Below are positions 1-9,444 of a stretch of DNA of 64,000 bases, piece by piece. How positions within the stretch are numbered: position 1 is the stretch's first letter; every line of letters starts with the position of its first letter. The notes beneath the pieces were generated by a model. The model saw only the letters and a list, made by a program, of their open reading frames with translations, did not search any database and was not told where the DNA came from. Both the position numbers and the translations under genes were made by a program. This DNA is from Rhodospirillaceae bacterium (GTDB taxonomy: Bacteria > Pseudomonadota > Alphaproteobacteria > UBA828), in assembly GCA_018666805.1 (NCBI GenBank), contig JABIXB010000250.1, positions 12,557 through 76,556 on the forward strand. Direction: 5' to 3'.

Positions 1-363
1 CGCTTAACCGCACCCAAATACAATCCGCCGCGCACCTGGACGCACAAGGGCACGATCGGCGTCGGTGGCGCGCTGTGTTCGATTTATCCCGACGAGACAC
101 CGGGCGGCTATCAGATGATTGCCCGCACGCCGGTGCCGATTTGGGACCCGGCGCAGCGGCTGGCCGCCTTCAAGCAGAGCCTGGCCCTGTTTCGCCCCGG
201 CGACCGGGTGCGTTTCATCCCGGCCACGCGCGACGAATATGATTATGTCGCGCGCCAGGTCGAGGCCGGCGATTACCTGCACAATGTCGCCGAATATCAG
301 CGCTTCTCGATTCGCAACTATCACGCCTGGCTCGCCACCATCGACGAGTCGGTGCGCTTCTAG
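1..363 (+). CDS. pxpB: 5-oxoprolinase subunit B / allophanate hydrolase subunit 1 (KipI/PxpB family), 5'-truncated by window edge
   Basis: Frame-1 translation from position 1 is open and reads ...TAPKYNPPRTWTHKGTIGVGGALCSIYPDETPGGYQMIARTPVPIWD..., typical of the KipI/PxpB C-terminal cyclophilin-like domain. Stop TAG at 361-363. Immediately followed by its usual partner (subunit C). Confidence 0.75.
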   Translation, partial: RLTAPKYNPPRTWTHKGTIGVGGALCSIYPDETPGGYQMIARTPVPIWDPAQRLAAFKQSLALFRPGDRVRFIPATRDEYDYVARQVEAGDYLHNVAEYQRFSIRNYHAWLATIDESVRF

Positions 364-373
364 GGAGGGCGTC

Positions 374-1360
374 ATGCTCGAGGTTATTAAGCCCGGCCTG
401 GAAACCAGCGTGCAGGATCTGCCCGGCCGCATCGGTTATTGGGAGCAGGGCTTTCCATTTTCCGGGCCGATGGATTTTTGGTCTTTTCAGCTTGCCAATC
501 TGCTGGTCGGCAATGCGCCAGGCGGCGCCGGCCTCGAATGCCAGTTCAGCGGCCCCACTTTGCGTTTCCAGCGTGATGCCGTGGTCGCCGTGACCGGCGC
601 CGACATGGCGCCGGAGCTCGACGGCATGCCAGCGCCGATGTGGCGGAGTTTCACCGTCCGCGCCGGGCAAACGCTGGCGCTCGGTTTTGCCCGGCTCGGC
701 GCGCGCTCTTATTTGGCCATCGCCGGCGGCATTGATACGCCGCCCGTGCTCGGCTCGCGCGCCACCTTCCACCAGGCCGGGATCGGCGGCATGGAGGGGC
801 ATGCGCTCAAAAAGGGGCAAGCGGTGCCGGTCGCCGAGAGCGCCGATGGCGCCGAGGGAAGAGCCGGGCGGCAGGTCATCGCCGCGCGCCGCCCGCCGCT
901 CACGGGCGAAAAAAATTGGCAGATCGAAGTCGTTCCCGGTCCCAATGACGATTGGATCGATGAGGCCGGCCACGCGCGCTTTCTTTCGAGCGATTGGCTG
1001 CTCCAGGCGCGCAGCAACCGCACCGGCTTTCGCCTCACCGGCCCCGACTGGACATTTACCAAGCTGGCCACCGACAAGGGGCCTGAGCATGGTGAGCATC
1101 CCTCCAATATTCTCGATCACGGTTATCCGGTGGGAACCATCAATCTCTGCGGCCAGACGCCGATCATCCTGGTCAATGACGCGCCGAGCACGGGCGGCTT
1201 CATCAATCCCTACACCGTGCCGTCGGCGGTCTTCTGGAAGCTCGCCCAATCGAAGCCCAACGATGTTTACCGCTTCAAATCGATTACCCTGGAAGCGGCG
1301 CAGGATATGCGCCGCGAGATCAATCGCATATGCACGGAGGAAAGTATCGAAGCTGTTTAG
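374..1360 (+). CDS. pxpC: 5-oxoprolinase subunit C / allophanate hydrolase subunit 2 (KipA/PxpC family)
   Basis: ATG at 374 preceded by GGGAGGG Shine-Dalgarno, 10 nt after the pxpB stop. 328 aa with KipA-type motifs (GYWEQGFPFSGPMD, PVGTINLCGQTPIIL). The in-frame extension to 119 was rejected because it would overlap pxpB. Confidence 0.8.
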   Translation: MLEVIKPGLETSVQDLPGRIGYWEQGFPFSGPMDFWSFQLANLLVGNAPGGAGLECQFSGPTLRFQRDAVVAVTGADMAPELDGMPAPMWRSFTVRAGQTLALGFARLGARSYLAIAGGIDTPPVLGSRATFHQAGIGGMEGHALKKGQAVPVAESADGAEGRAGRQVIAARRPPLTGEKNWQIEVVPGPNDDWIDEAGHARFLSSDWLLQARSNRTGFRLTGPDWTFTKLATDKGPEHGEHPSNILDHGYPVGTINLCGQTPIILVNDAPSTGGFINPYTVPSAVFWKLAQSKPNDVYRFKSITLEAAQDMRREINRICTEESIEAV

Positions 1361-1368
1361 CGCCCCCG

Positions 1369-2040
1369 CTATGTGGTGCTGATCGCTTTATAAGCCGCGA
1401 TCGCCGCCTCGAAGCCGGAGCGCGGGCTGGTCAGGATCGGCACCTCAATGTCGGCGCACGCTTCCAGCGCCGGCGCCATGGAGGCCTGGGCGAGGACAAT
1501 CACATCGCTCTCGAGCGCGGTCCGGTGCAGGCCATCGGCGATGATGCGGACATAATTTTCGGTATCGCCCGCCATCAGCTTGTCGCGCGCGCCGTCATAG
1601 ATGACAGGCCGCAAATCGACCTCCGCGCCGGCTTCGGCGGCGGCCTGTGAAAGCAGCTCAAGCGTTGGCTCCAATGTGGTCGAAACGGTTGCCGCGACGC
1701 CGATGCGTTTGCCCATCCGGACGGCGGCCTCGGCCATCGGCCGGTCGATGCGCATGATTTTGGCTGCTGTCATGCGCGCCGCATCGTCGGCGCCGGGCCC
1801 GACGGTCGAGCAGGTGCAGAGCACCACGGCGGCGTCGTTTTCGGCCTCCGCGACGACCGCCGCCGCCGTGCGCCGACGGATGTCAGCGGTCAATTCGCCG
1901 GCCTCAAGCGCCTCCTTCAGCAAACCGTCATGCATGGCGTGGCGGATCGGAACCTCGGGCGCCAACTCCCCGGCCAGCGCGTCAAAGGCTTCGATATTGG
2001 CGGGGATGGTGTGAACCAGCGCGAGCACAGGTTTCGTCAT
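1369..2040 (-). CDS. Asp/Glu/hydantoin racemase family protein (hydantoin racemase HyuE-like)
   Basis: 223 aa. Composition and length match the Asp/Glu/hydantoin racemase superfamily, with Cys in a VVLCTCST context. GGAGAA SD upstream of ATG at 2040. Convergent with pxpC. Sits in a cluster with hydantoinase and carbamoylase genes. Confidence 0.6.
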   Translation of the reverse strand: MTKPVLALVHTIPANIEAFDALAGELAPEVPIRHAMHDGLLKEALEAGELTADIRRRTAAAVVAEAENDAAVVLCTCSTVGPGADDAARMTAAKIMRIDRPMAEAAVRMGKRIGVAATVSTTLEPTLELLSQAAAEAGAEVDLRPVIYDGARDKLMAGDTENYVRIIADGLHRTALESDVIVLAQASMAPALEACADIEVPILTSPRSGFEAAIAAYKAISTT

Positions 2041-2312
2041 TGCTTGTTCTCCTGAATGAATTTCGTATCAATCTCTTTTAGACCTAGTCCTTCCGCAAGT
2101 AGGCACGCAACTTTTTCGCATAAATTTAATTGAGTATCTTCCGATAAATGAATCGACTGTGATGCGGTTATCATTGAATGTCGGGAATTGTTCCGCTCGA
2201 CCGGTGTTGTCGACCAGCAGAGAAGAGAATGCCTGATTTACTCTCGCCCACCATCCCCTCTTGAAAATTCACGCCATCCTCCTGACACTGAGCCATTGCA
2301 ACCATCGAGCAG

Positions 2313-3242
2313 GTGCGCAAAGTGGCATCAACCTACCCACGCGATCTCTTCGGCTATGGCCGCACACCGCCCCAAGCCAGTTGGCCGGGCGGGGCGCGGC
2401 TCGCTTTGTCGCTGGTGCTCAATTATGAGGAGGGCGGCGAGAATAGCGTTTTGCACGGCGATGCGGGGTCGGAGCAGTTTCTCGCCGATATCGGACCGGC
2501 GCAGATAGAGCCGCTCATCGGGGCGCGGGCGTATAACACCGAATCGATGTTCGAGTATGGCTCGCGCGCCGGGTTTTGGCGTATTCATCGGCTGGTTACA
2601 TCGCGCCAAGTGCCACTCACCGTTTATGGCGTTGGCATGGCGCTCGTGCGTAACCCGCCGGCGGCGCAGGCGATGGCGGCGGCGGGCTGGGAAGTGGCCA
2701 GTCATGCCTATCGCTGGACCAATTACGCGGAAATGCCGGAAGCGGAGGAGCGCGAACAGATTGGCCGCGCCATCGCCGCGATTGAGGACACCGTCGGTGA
2801 GCGGCCGGTCGGCTGGTATTGCGGGCGGGTCAGCGCCAATACGCGCCGCCTCGTGGTCGAGGAGGGCGGCTTTCTTTACGATTCGGATTCCTATGCCGAT
2901 GACCTGCCCTATTGGAATTATGAGCATGGCCGTCCGCATCTGATCCTGCCCTACAGCCTCGATAACAATGATCTGCGCTTTTCCACCAACGGGGTTTTTA
3001 CCGGCGAGGATTTCTTCGACTATATCCGCGATGCCTTCGACATGCTCTATGCCGAAAGCGCCGAGACGCCGAAGATGATGTCGGTCGGCCTGCATTGCCG
3101 CCTCGTCGGGCGGCCGGGGCGGATTGGTGGCCTCGCGCGCTTCTTGGATCATGTCGAGGCGCATGACGATGTCTGGATTGCGCGCCGGCGCGATATCGCC
3201 GCGCACTGGATAGCGGAACACCCGCCGGAGCCTGGAGCATGA
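2313..3242 (+). CDS. puuE: PuuE-type allantoinase-like polysaccharide deacetylase (copy 1)
   Basis: 309 aa. N-terminal YPRDLFGYG...PP.A.WPGGARLALS.VLNYEEGGE, then FEYGSRAGFWR, ERPVGWYCGR, RRLVVEEGGFLYDSDSYADDLPYW and KMMSVGLHCRLVGRPGR. This is the PuuE (metal-independent allantoinase) signature as I recall it. Confidence 0.75.
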   Translation: MRKVASTYPRDLFGYGRTPPQASWPGGARLALSLVLNYEEGGENSVLHGDAGSEQFLADIGPAQIEPLIGARAYNTESMFEYGSRAGFWRIHRLVTSRQVPLTVYGVGMALVRNPPAAQAMAAAGWEVASHAYRWTNYAEMPEAEEREQIGRAIAAIEDTVGERPVGWYCGRVSANTRRLVVEEGGFLYDSDSYADDLPYWNYEHGRPHLILPYSLDNNDLRFSTNGVFTGEDFFDYIRDAFDMLYAESAETPKMMSVGLHCRLVGRPGRIGGLARFLDHVEAHDDVWIARRRDIAAHWIAEHPPEPGA

Positions 3243-4150
3243 GCGATTATCCGCGCGACATGGTTGGCTTCGGGTCCGAGCCGCCGCATGCCGATTGGCC
3301 GGGTGGGGCGCGCATCGCCATCTCGTTTGTCATCAATCACGAGGAAGGCGCGGAGAGCTGCATCCTTAATGGCGATGCCCAGTCCGAGCGCTATCTTTGC
3401 GATCTTGGGCCGGTCGAGGCGGTGCCGGTGGTTGGCGGGCGTGATCTCAATGCGGAATCGATGTTTGAATATGGCGCGCGCGCCGGTTTCTGGCGTCTCT
3501 GGCGCATCTTCACCGAGGCCAGTGTGCCGGTCACCGTCTATGGCGTCGGCATGGCGCTTGAGCGCACGCCGGAAGCGGCGGCGGCGATGATCGAGGCGGG
3601 CTGGGAAGTGGCCGGGCACGGCTATCGCTGGATCGATTACCGCGATGTTTCCGAGGAGGTTGAGCGCGCCCACTTGAAACAATGCATCGACGCCATTGCC
3701 GAAACCACCGGCGCGCGCCCGGTCGGCTGGTTCAGCGGCCGGCGCAGCATCCATACCCGCCGCCTGGTGGTCGAGGAGGGTGGCTTTCTTTACGATTCGG
3801 ACGGCTATAGCGACGACCTGCCCTATTGGAATACCGATCATGGCCGGGCCCATCTGGTGGTGCCCTATAGCCGCAATAATAACGATCTCCGCTTCGCCAC
3901 CGGCGGCGTCTATACCGGCGGCGATTTCTTCGCCTATTTGCGCGACAGTTTCGACACGCTTTATGCCGAGGGCGCTGATCACCCGAAGATGATGTCGATC
4001 GGCCTGCATAACCGCATCATCGGCCGCCCGGGCCGCGCCGGTGCGCTGCTGCGTTTTCTCGATCATGTGCGGAAACATGATGGCGTGTGGTTTGCCCGCC
4101 GGCGCGAGATCGCCGAGCATTGGCACCGCCGCCATCCTTATTTTGAATAA
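3239..4150 (+). CDS. puuE: PuuE-type allantoinase-like polysaccharide deacetylase (copy 2, tandem paralog)
   Basis: 303 aa. Same motif set as copy 1 (YPRDMVGFG, FEYGARAGFWR, RPVGWFSGR, GGFLYDSDGYSDDLPYW, KMMSIGLHNRIIGRPGR). Start overlaps the stop of copy 1 by 4 nt (ATGA). Confidence 0.75.
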   Translation: MSDYPRDMVGFGSEPPHADWPGGARIAISFVINHEEGAESCILNGDAQSERYLCDLGPVEAVPVVGGRDLNAESMFEYGARAGFWRLWRIFTEASVPVTVYGVGMALERTPEAAAAMIEAGWEVAGHGYRWIDYRDVSEEVERAHLKQCIDAIAETTGARPVGWFSGRRSIHTRRLVVEEGGFLYDSDGYSDDLPYWNTDHGRAHLVVPYSRNNNDLRFATGGVYTGGDFFAYLRDSFDTLYAEGADHPKMMSIGLHNRIIGRPGRAGALLRFLDHVRKHDGVWFARRREIAEHWHRRHPYFE

Positions 4151-4224
4151 CCCAACCTTTCTGGACCTGGCGCACGCGCGCCGCTACTCTCATCACAACG
4201 GCAAACAAACAGGGATAACGAGAC

Positions 4225-4662
4225 ATGGCATATGGCGCGACAAAAAACGGCCTGAACGCGGCCTTCGATGATTGGACCAACGCCCTCAATGCAGGCGATC
4301 TGAAATCCTTCTACGCTTTCTTCGACGCCCGTTCGGAAATTCTCGATGAGGATTATCCCTGGCGCATGAACAAGGAAGAATTCATCGATCATATTGGCTT
4401 CCATGCCGGCGCCACGGGAAATCCCGCGCTGTGGGAGCATTTCAAATGGATTCCGCGCGATGTCGAGGCCAAGGTGTGGCACAAACATACCGGCCAGGTG
4501 AGCGGCTTTTCGACCTTTCGCGGCAAGCCGGTCGATGCCGGCTTCCGCCAGCGCTTCATGGGCTTCACCACCAACTGGTATCACCATGGTAATACCTGGA
4601 GACTAATCAATTGGCACCAGAGCCCGCTCATGGGCCGCATCGACGGCGCCTCGCCCGGCTGA
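4225..4662 (+). CDS. NTF2-like / SnoaL-like small protein (hypothetical)
   Basis: 145 aa ORF with normal codon usage, start 74 nt after puuE copy 2. Acidic/aromatic composition typical of an NTF2-like fold. Function not inferable. Confidence 0.5.
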   Translation: MAYGATKNGLNAAFDDWTNALNAGDLKSFYAFFDARSEILDEDYPWRMNKEEFIDHIGFHAGATGNPALWEHFKWIPRDVEAKVWHKHTGQVSGFSTFRGKPVDAGFRQRFMGFTTNWYHHGNTWRLINWHQSPLMGRIDGASPG

Positions 4663-4686
4663 AAATAATAACAAGCTGAGGAGAAT

Positions 4687-5940
4687 ATGAGCGCATCAGA
4701 CCAACGGGCCGCCTCCGAGGCGGTGGATGAAGCGCGCCTGTGGCAGCGCATGATGGACATGGCCCAATTCGGCGCAACGCCGGCGGGCGGCGTCAACCGC
4801 GCCGCTTTTTCGCCCGAGGATATCGCGGCGCGGAAACGGCTGATCGAATGGGCTGGCGAGTTCGGCTTCGCTACATCCACCGACGAGATCGGCAATCTCT
4901 ATGTGCGCCGCGCCGGCACCAGCGACGAAGCGCCGGCGGTGACCGGCAGCCATCTCGACAGTCAGCCGAAAGGCGGCAAGTTCGACGGCGCTTATGGCGT
5001 TGTCGGCGGCTTCGAGGCATTGGAAGCGATCGAGCGCGCCGGCATCAAGACGCGCCGGCCGATCGAAGTGGTGGCGTGGAGCAATGAGGAGGGCGGGCGC
5101 TTTCAGCCCGGCGCCATGGGCTCGGCCATCTTCGCCGGCGATTATTTGCTCGAAGATGCGCTTAGCGCCATCGACCCCAATGGGGTCGTTTTGGCCGATG
5201 CGCTCAAGCAAACGCTCGAATCCACTCCCGGCATTGCGCGCCGCAACATGCCCTATGACATGGCCGGCTATGTCGAAGCCCATATCGAACAAGGTCCGCG
5301 CCTCGAGAATGACAATCTCACCATCGGTGTGGTGTTGGGCGTGCAGGGCCTTACCTGGTACCGCGTCGAAGTGTTCGGCGAGGAAGCCCACGCCGGCACG
5401 GCACCGCTTCAGGGCCGTAAGGACGCGCTCAAATCCGCCACCACCATGGTGTCTGCGCTGGAAGAATTGATGACCGATGACAGCGACACCGTGCGCTTCA
5501 CCGTCGGGCGCTTCGAATGCGGCCCCGGCGCGCCCAGCACCGTGCCGGGCCACGTTCTCTTCACGGTCGATTTCCGCCATCCCGATCTCGCCACCTTCGT
5601 CGATCTCGGCGGGCGCATCAAAGGCGTATGCGAAGCCAATGCACGCGGCTGCGAGGTGACGGTCGAGCGCATCATCTATTCCGAACCGGTAATTTTTGAC
5701 GCGGGCGTCATCGATCAGGTGCGCGGTGCGACGCAAGCGCTCGATCTTCCCTATATGGAGATGGTCTCCGGCGCCGGGCATGACGCCATGCATATCGCCG
5801 GGCTTTGCCCCGCCGGCATGATTTTTGTGCCGTGCGAAAAAGGCCTCAGCCATAACGAAGCCGAGAGCGCCAGCGCGCCCGATCTCGCCGCCGGCGCGCG
5901 CGTGCTCGCCGCCAGCCTGGTCGGGCTGGCCAACCGCTAG
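4687..5940 (+). CDS. M20-family Zn-dependent carbamoylase (N-carbamoyl-L-amino-acid hydrolase / allantoate amidohydrolase family)
   Basis: 417 aa. Motifs of the AmaB/AllC hydantoinase-carbamoylase M20 family (GSHLDSQPKGGKFDGAYGV, VVAWSNEEGGRF, SGAGHDAMH). Sits in a hydantoin-utilisation context. Confidence 0.8.
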   Translation: MSASDQRAASEAVDEARLWQRMMDMAQFGATPAGGVNRAAFSPEDIAARKRLIEWAGEFGFATSTDEIGNLYVRRAGTSDEAPAVTGSHLDSQPKGGKFDGAYGVVGGFEALEAIERAGIKTRRPIEVVAWSNEEGGRFQPGAMGSAIFAGDYLLEDALSAIDPNGVVLADALKQTLESTPGIARRNMPYDMAGYVEAHIEQGPRLENDNLTIGVVLGVQGLTWYRVEVFGEEAHAGTAPLQGRKDALKSATTMVSALEELMTDDSDTVRFTVGRFECGPGAPSTVPGHVLFTVDFRHPDLATFVDLGGRIKGVCEANARGCEVTVERIIYSEPVIFDAGVIDQVRGATQALDLPYMEMVSGAGHDAMHIAGLCPAGMIFVPCEKGLSHNEAESASAPDLAAGARVLAASLVGLANR

Positions 5941-5943
5941 GGA

Positions 5944-7425
5944 ATGGCCAAGCTCTCCGCCGATGTGGCGATTGTTGGCGCCGGCAACGCCGCCCTCTGC
6001 GCCGCCCTCGCGGCGGCGGAAAACGGCGCCGAAGTGGTGGTGCTGGAAGCCGCGCCCGAAGCCGAGCGCGGCGGCAATTCCGCTTACACGGCGGGCGCCA
6101 TGCGCATCATCTATGACGGTGTCGGTGATCTGAAAAAACTGATACCCGATCTCAGCGACGAGAATATTCAAAGCACCGATTTCGGCAGCTATTCGTTCGA
6201 CGATTATTTCGACGATATGGCGCGCGTCACGCAATACCGCGCCGATCCCGACCTCACCGAAACCCTGATCAACCGCAGCTTCGAAACCCTGCAATGGATG
6301 CAGCGCCAGGGCGTGCGTTTTCAGCCGAGCTATGGCCGCCAGGCGTTCAAGGTCGGCGCGCGTTTCAAATTCTGGGGCGGCCTTGCGGTCGAGGCCTGGG
6401 GCGGCGGCCCCGGTCTGGTGCAATCGCTGTTCGACGGCGCTGGGAAGGCCGGTGTGCGAGTGGTCTATGAGGCACGCGCGCGCGAACTCATGCTCGATAG
6501 CGGCCGTGTCGCCGGGGTGCGCGCCAGCTTGCGCGGCGGCGAGACACTCGACATCGCCGCCGGCGCGGTGGTGCTGGCGAGCGGCGGTTTTGAATCGAAT
6601 GCCGAGATGCGCACGCGCTATCTCGGCCCCGGCTGGGATCTCGCCAAGGTGCGCGGCACGCGCCATAACATGGGCGACGGCATCCAGATGGCGCTCGATG
6701 CCGGCGCCGAGCCCTATGGCAATTGGTCGGGCTGCCACGCGGTCGGCTGGGATATGAACGCGCCTCTCTATGGCGACCTCGCCGTCGGCGACGGCTTCCA
6801 GAAGCACAGCTATCCGTTCGGCATCATGGTCAACGCCAAGGGCGAGCGCTTCCTTGATGAGGGCGCGGATTTCCGCAACTACACTTATGCGAAATATGGC
6901 CGCGAAATTCTCGCCCAGCCGGGCCAGTTCGCCTGGCAGATATTCGACGCCAAGGTGACGCATCTTCTGCGCGACGAATACCGCATCCGTGAGGTCACGC
7001 GCGTTACGGCGGACAGTGTTTCTGATCTGGCGGCCAAGCTGGAAGGCGTCGATGCCGGGGCGCTGGAACGGACGGTGGCCGCGTTCAATGCCGCCGTTGA
7101 AAGCGGCATCCCGTTCGATCCCAACATCAAGGATGGCCGCGCCACCACCGGCCTCGACGTTAGCAAATCAAACTGGGCCAACGCCCTCGATACCCCGCCA
7201 TATGAGGCCTATGGCGTCACTTGCGGCGTTACCTTCACATTTGGCGGCCTGCACATCGATGGCCAGGGCCGGGTGCTCGATGTGGCGGCGGATCCGATCC
7301 CCGGCCTCTATGCGGCGGGCGAGCTGGTCGGCGGCCTGTTTTATTTCAATTATCCTGGCGGCACCGGACTCACTTCCGGCGCCGTGTTCGGACGCCTCGC
7401 CGGCAGCAGCGCGGCGGCGTCTTAA
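5944..7425 (+). CDS. FAD-dependent dehydrogenase, TcuA-like (fumarate reductase/succinate dehydrogenase flavoprotein-like)
   Basis: 493 aa. N-terminal DVAIVGAGNAALCAALAAAENGAEVVVLEAAPEAERGGNS dinucleotide-binding motif, then LASGGFESN and RGTRHNMGDGIQMALDAGA, matching tricarballylate dehydrogenase TcuA-type flavoproteins. No tcuB/tcuC nearby. Confidence 0.7.
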   Translation: MAKLSADVAIVGAGNAALCAALAAAENGAEVVVLEAAPEAERGGNSAYTAGAMRIIYDGVGDLKKLIPDLSDENIQSTDFGSYSFDDYFDDMARVTQYRADPDLTETLINRSFETLQWMQRQGVRFQPSYGRQAFKVGARFKFWGGLAVEAWGGGPGLVQSLFDGAGKAGVRVVYEARARELMLDSGRVAGVRASLRGGETLDIAAGAVVLASGGFESNAEMRTRYLGPGWDLAKVRGTRHNMGDGIQMALDAGAEPYGNWSGCHAVGWDMNAPLYGDLAVGDGFQKHSYPFGIMVNAKGERFLDEGADFRNYTYAKYGREILAQPGQFAWQIFDAKVTHLLRDEYRIREVTRVTADSVSDLAAKLEGVDAGALERTVAAFNAAVESGIPFDPNIKDGRATTGLDVSKSNWANALDTPPYEAYGVTCGVTFTFGGLHIDGQGRVLDVAADPIPGLYAAGELVGGLFYFNYPGGTGLTSGAVFGRLAGSSAAAS

Positions 7426-7434
7426 CCCCAGCCT

Positions 7435-9444
7435 CTACTCCGCCGCTTCGCCGAACTCGGCGATATTGTCGTTCCAATGGTCGGCGGTGCGTATTTTGAC
7501 CGATTCACGGAATTGCTCGGTTGATTTCGGCATCAACTCGCCGGTGCCCCAATCGACGATCACGGCGTAGCGCCTGACCATGTCCATATTGTTGATCTCG
7601 CCCTTCTGGTAGCGCGCGGCGATATCTACAGGGTCTTCGGCGAGCCAGCCGCGCCGCGCCTTGGCGATCTCGCGCCGCGCCTCTTTGGTGGCTTCCGCAT
7701 CGACCTCATATTGCGCCAGGTCGATGTCGATCACCTTGAGCACCACGCCGTAATCGATCTTGGCGCGCTCGAGCGAGACATAATCATCTTCGACATCCAG
7801 CATCACCGCCGCCGGATCGCGTTCCAACGGGTCGCCGAGGCCACCGCCGCCGCCGGTCGGGCGGCTGAACATATCGCCCGATTTGATCGGCACATCGGAG
7901 AAGATCGTGCCCAGCCATTCCTTCTCGCCGGTCTCCGCGCGCTTTACCCAGAGGCCGTGCGGCAGCGACGGCAGGCCGCCCTTGATGCCCCAGACGATGG
8001 CGCGCTCGCGGTCGCAGATATAGCTGAGCACCGTATCCTCGGCCTCGCGCAGCGTGCTGGTTTTGACCACGCCGGCGCCGCCGCGGAATCTACCCGGCCC
8101 CGCCGAATCGCGCAGAATTTCGAATTCATTGGCGAGGATCGGCGAGAGCCGCTCCTGGCCCTCGATCGGCTGGGTTTGCAGGCCGGTGCCGAAGCAGGCG
8201 GTGGTGACGTTGCAGCCATCCTTGGTCGCGCGCCCACCCCAGCCGCCCGGCAGCCAATCATAAAACATGAACATCGGCTTGCCTTCATGGCGCGTATCGC
8301 GCCCGCCGGTCAGGAGATATTCGAGATTGAAGGCGCAGGCGATGGCGCGCTCGGGGATGATATCCGACCAGATCTCGTAGATCGAATTCATGATTTTCTC
8401 GAACGGCATGAGGAAGCCCGTCACCGCCACCGGCCACGGCGCATCGACAATCGAATCTTTTGGCGCGATCACATTGATCGGCCGGTAGAAGCCGGAATTG
8501 AGCGGCAGGTCGGGGAAGTAGGTCTTCATGCCGGCGACGACGCCCGAGAAGGTGGCGCCGAAAGCCGAATTATAGAGCGTGCTGATGCAACCGTGGCTGC
8601 CGGTGAAGTCGTAGGTCGCCTCGTCGCCCTTGATGGTGAGCTTGACCCGGATCGGAATCAGGCCTTCGCCCTGGCCGGGGTCGCGGTCGATATAATCGAC
8701 CGTTTCCCACGAGCCGTCGGGCAACTCGGCGATGCGCTGGCGCGTCGCCTGCTCGACATAGTCCTGCACTTCCTTGAAGCCGGTGACCACGGTGTCCTTA
8801 CCGTATTTATCGACCAGACGGAGGATTTCGCGCTCTGCCACACGCGTCGCTTCGGTCTGGGCGCGCATGTCGCCGATCACCGATTTGGGGTCGCGCGTGT
8901 TGGCGGCGATCATGTTGGCGACGTCCTCGCGCAGCACACCCTGATCGATGATGCGGATTGGCGTGATGCGGATGCCTTCGCGGAACATTTCCCTGGCATT
9001 GACGTCGAACGAGCCCGGCACGCTGCCGCCAACATCCGACCAATGGCCGTTCGACTGGCTGTAGGCGATGATCTCGTCGCCGACGAAAATCGGCCGGATC
9101 AGGCGCACATCGTTGAAATGCGTGCCGCCGGCATAGGGATCGTTGATCATGAAAACGTCGCCCGGCTTCATCTCGCCCTTGAAGGCGCGGATCACATCCT
9201 TGCAGGTGTAATGCAGCGTGCCGACATGGACGGCGATATCCTGATTGCCCTGGGCAATGGAATCGCCGTTGGCGTCGTTCAGCGCCGAGGAGAAATCGCG
9301 GTTATAGATGACGAAGGAATAGCAGGTCCGGAGCACCTGCTCGGCCATCTGATCGACCGTGGTGATGAAGGAGTTTTTCAGCACCTCGAAGGTGACGGGA
9401 TCGAGGGTGAGACCACTTCCTGTACCTGTGCGGTTGTCACTCAT
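7435..9444 (-). CDS. hyuB: hydantoinase B / oxoprolinase family protein (HyuB)
   Basis: Large ORF of the hydantoinase B family (DPYAGGTHFNDV, GGRDTRHEGKP, GGGGGLGDPLERD). Start chosen at ATG 9444 (MSDNRTG...) because it has a GGAGGA SD and overlaps the hyuA stop as ATGA. The track extension to 9483 would overlap hyuA by 43 nt. Confidence 0.85.
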   Translation of the reverse strand: MSDNRTGTGSGLTLDPVTFEVLKNSFITTVDQMAEQVLRTCYSFVIYNRDFSSALNDANGDSIAQGNQDIAVHVGTLHYTCKDVIRAFKGEMKPGDVFMINDPYAGGTHFNDVRLIRPIFVGDEIIAYSQSNGHWSDVGGSVPGSFDVNAREMFREGIRITPIRIIDQGVLREDVANMIAANTRDPKSVIGDMRAQTEATRVAEREILRLVDKYGKDTVVTGFKEVQDYVEQATRQRIAELPDGSWETVDYIDRDPGQGEGLIPIRVKLTIKGDEATYDFTGSHGCISTLYNSAFGATFSGVVAGMKTYFPDLPLNSGFYRPINVIAPKDSIVDAPWPVAVTGFLMPFEKIMNSIYEIWSDIIPERAIACAFNLEYLLTGGRDTRHEGKPMFMFYDWLPGGWGGRATKDGCNVTTACFGTGLQTQPIEGQERLSPILANEFEILRDSAGPGRFRGGAGVVKTSTLREAEDTVLSYICDRERAIVWGIKGGLPSLPHGLWVKRAETGEKEWLGTIFSDVPIKSGDMFSRPTGGGGGLGDPLERDPAAVMLDVEDDYVSLERAKIDYGVVLKVIDIDLAQYEVDAEATKEARREIAKARRGWLAEDPVDIAARYQKGEINNMDMVRRYAVIVDWGTGELMPKSTEQFRESVKIRTADHWNDNIAEFGEAAE

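Noticed and set aside
215-4135. Long minus-strand ORFs 215-1249, 2328-3221 and 3149-4135
   Set aside because: Each lies antisense to a motif-supported plus-strand gene (pxpC, puuE copies 1 and 2). Shadow ORFs.
4696-6963. 755-aa minus-strand ORF spanning the carbamoylase and TcuA-like genes
   Set aside because: Antisense to two well-supported plus-strand genes. Ala/Arg/Gly/His-dominated low-complexity translation typical of GC-rich shadow frames. No RBS or domain signature.
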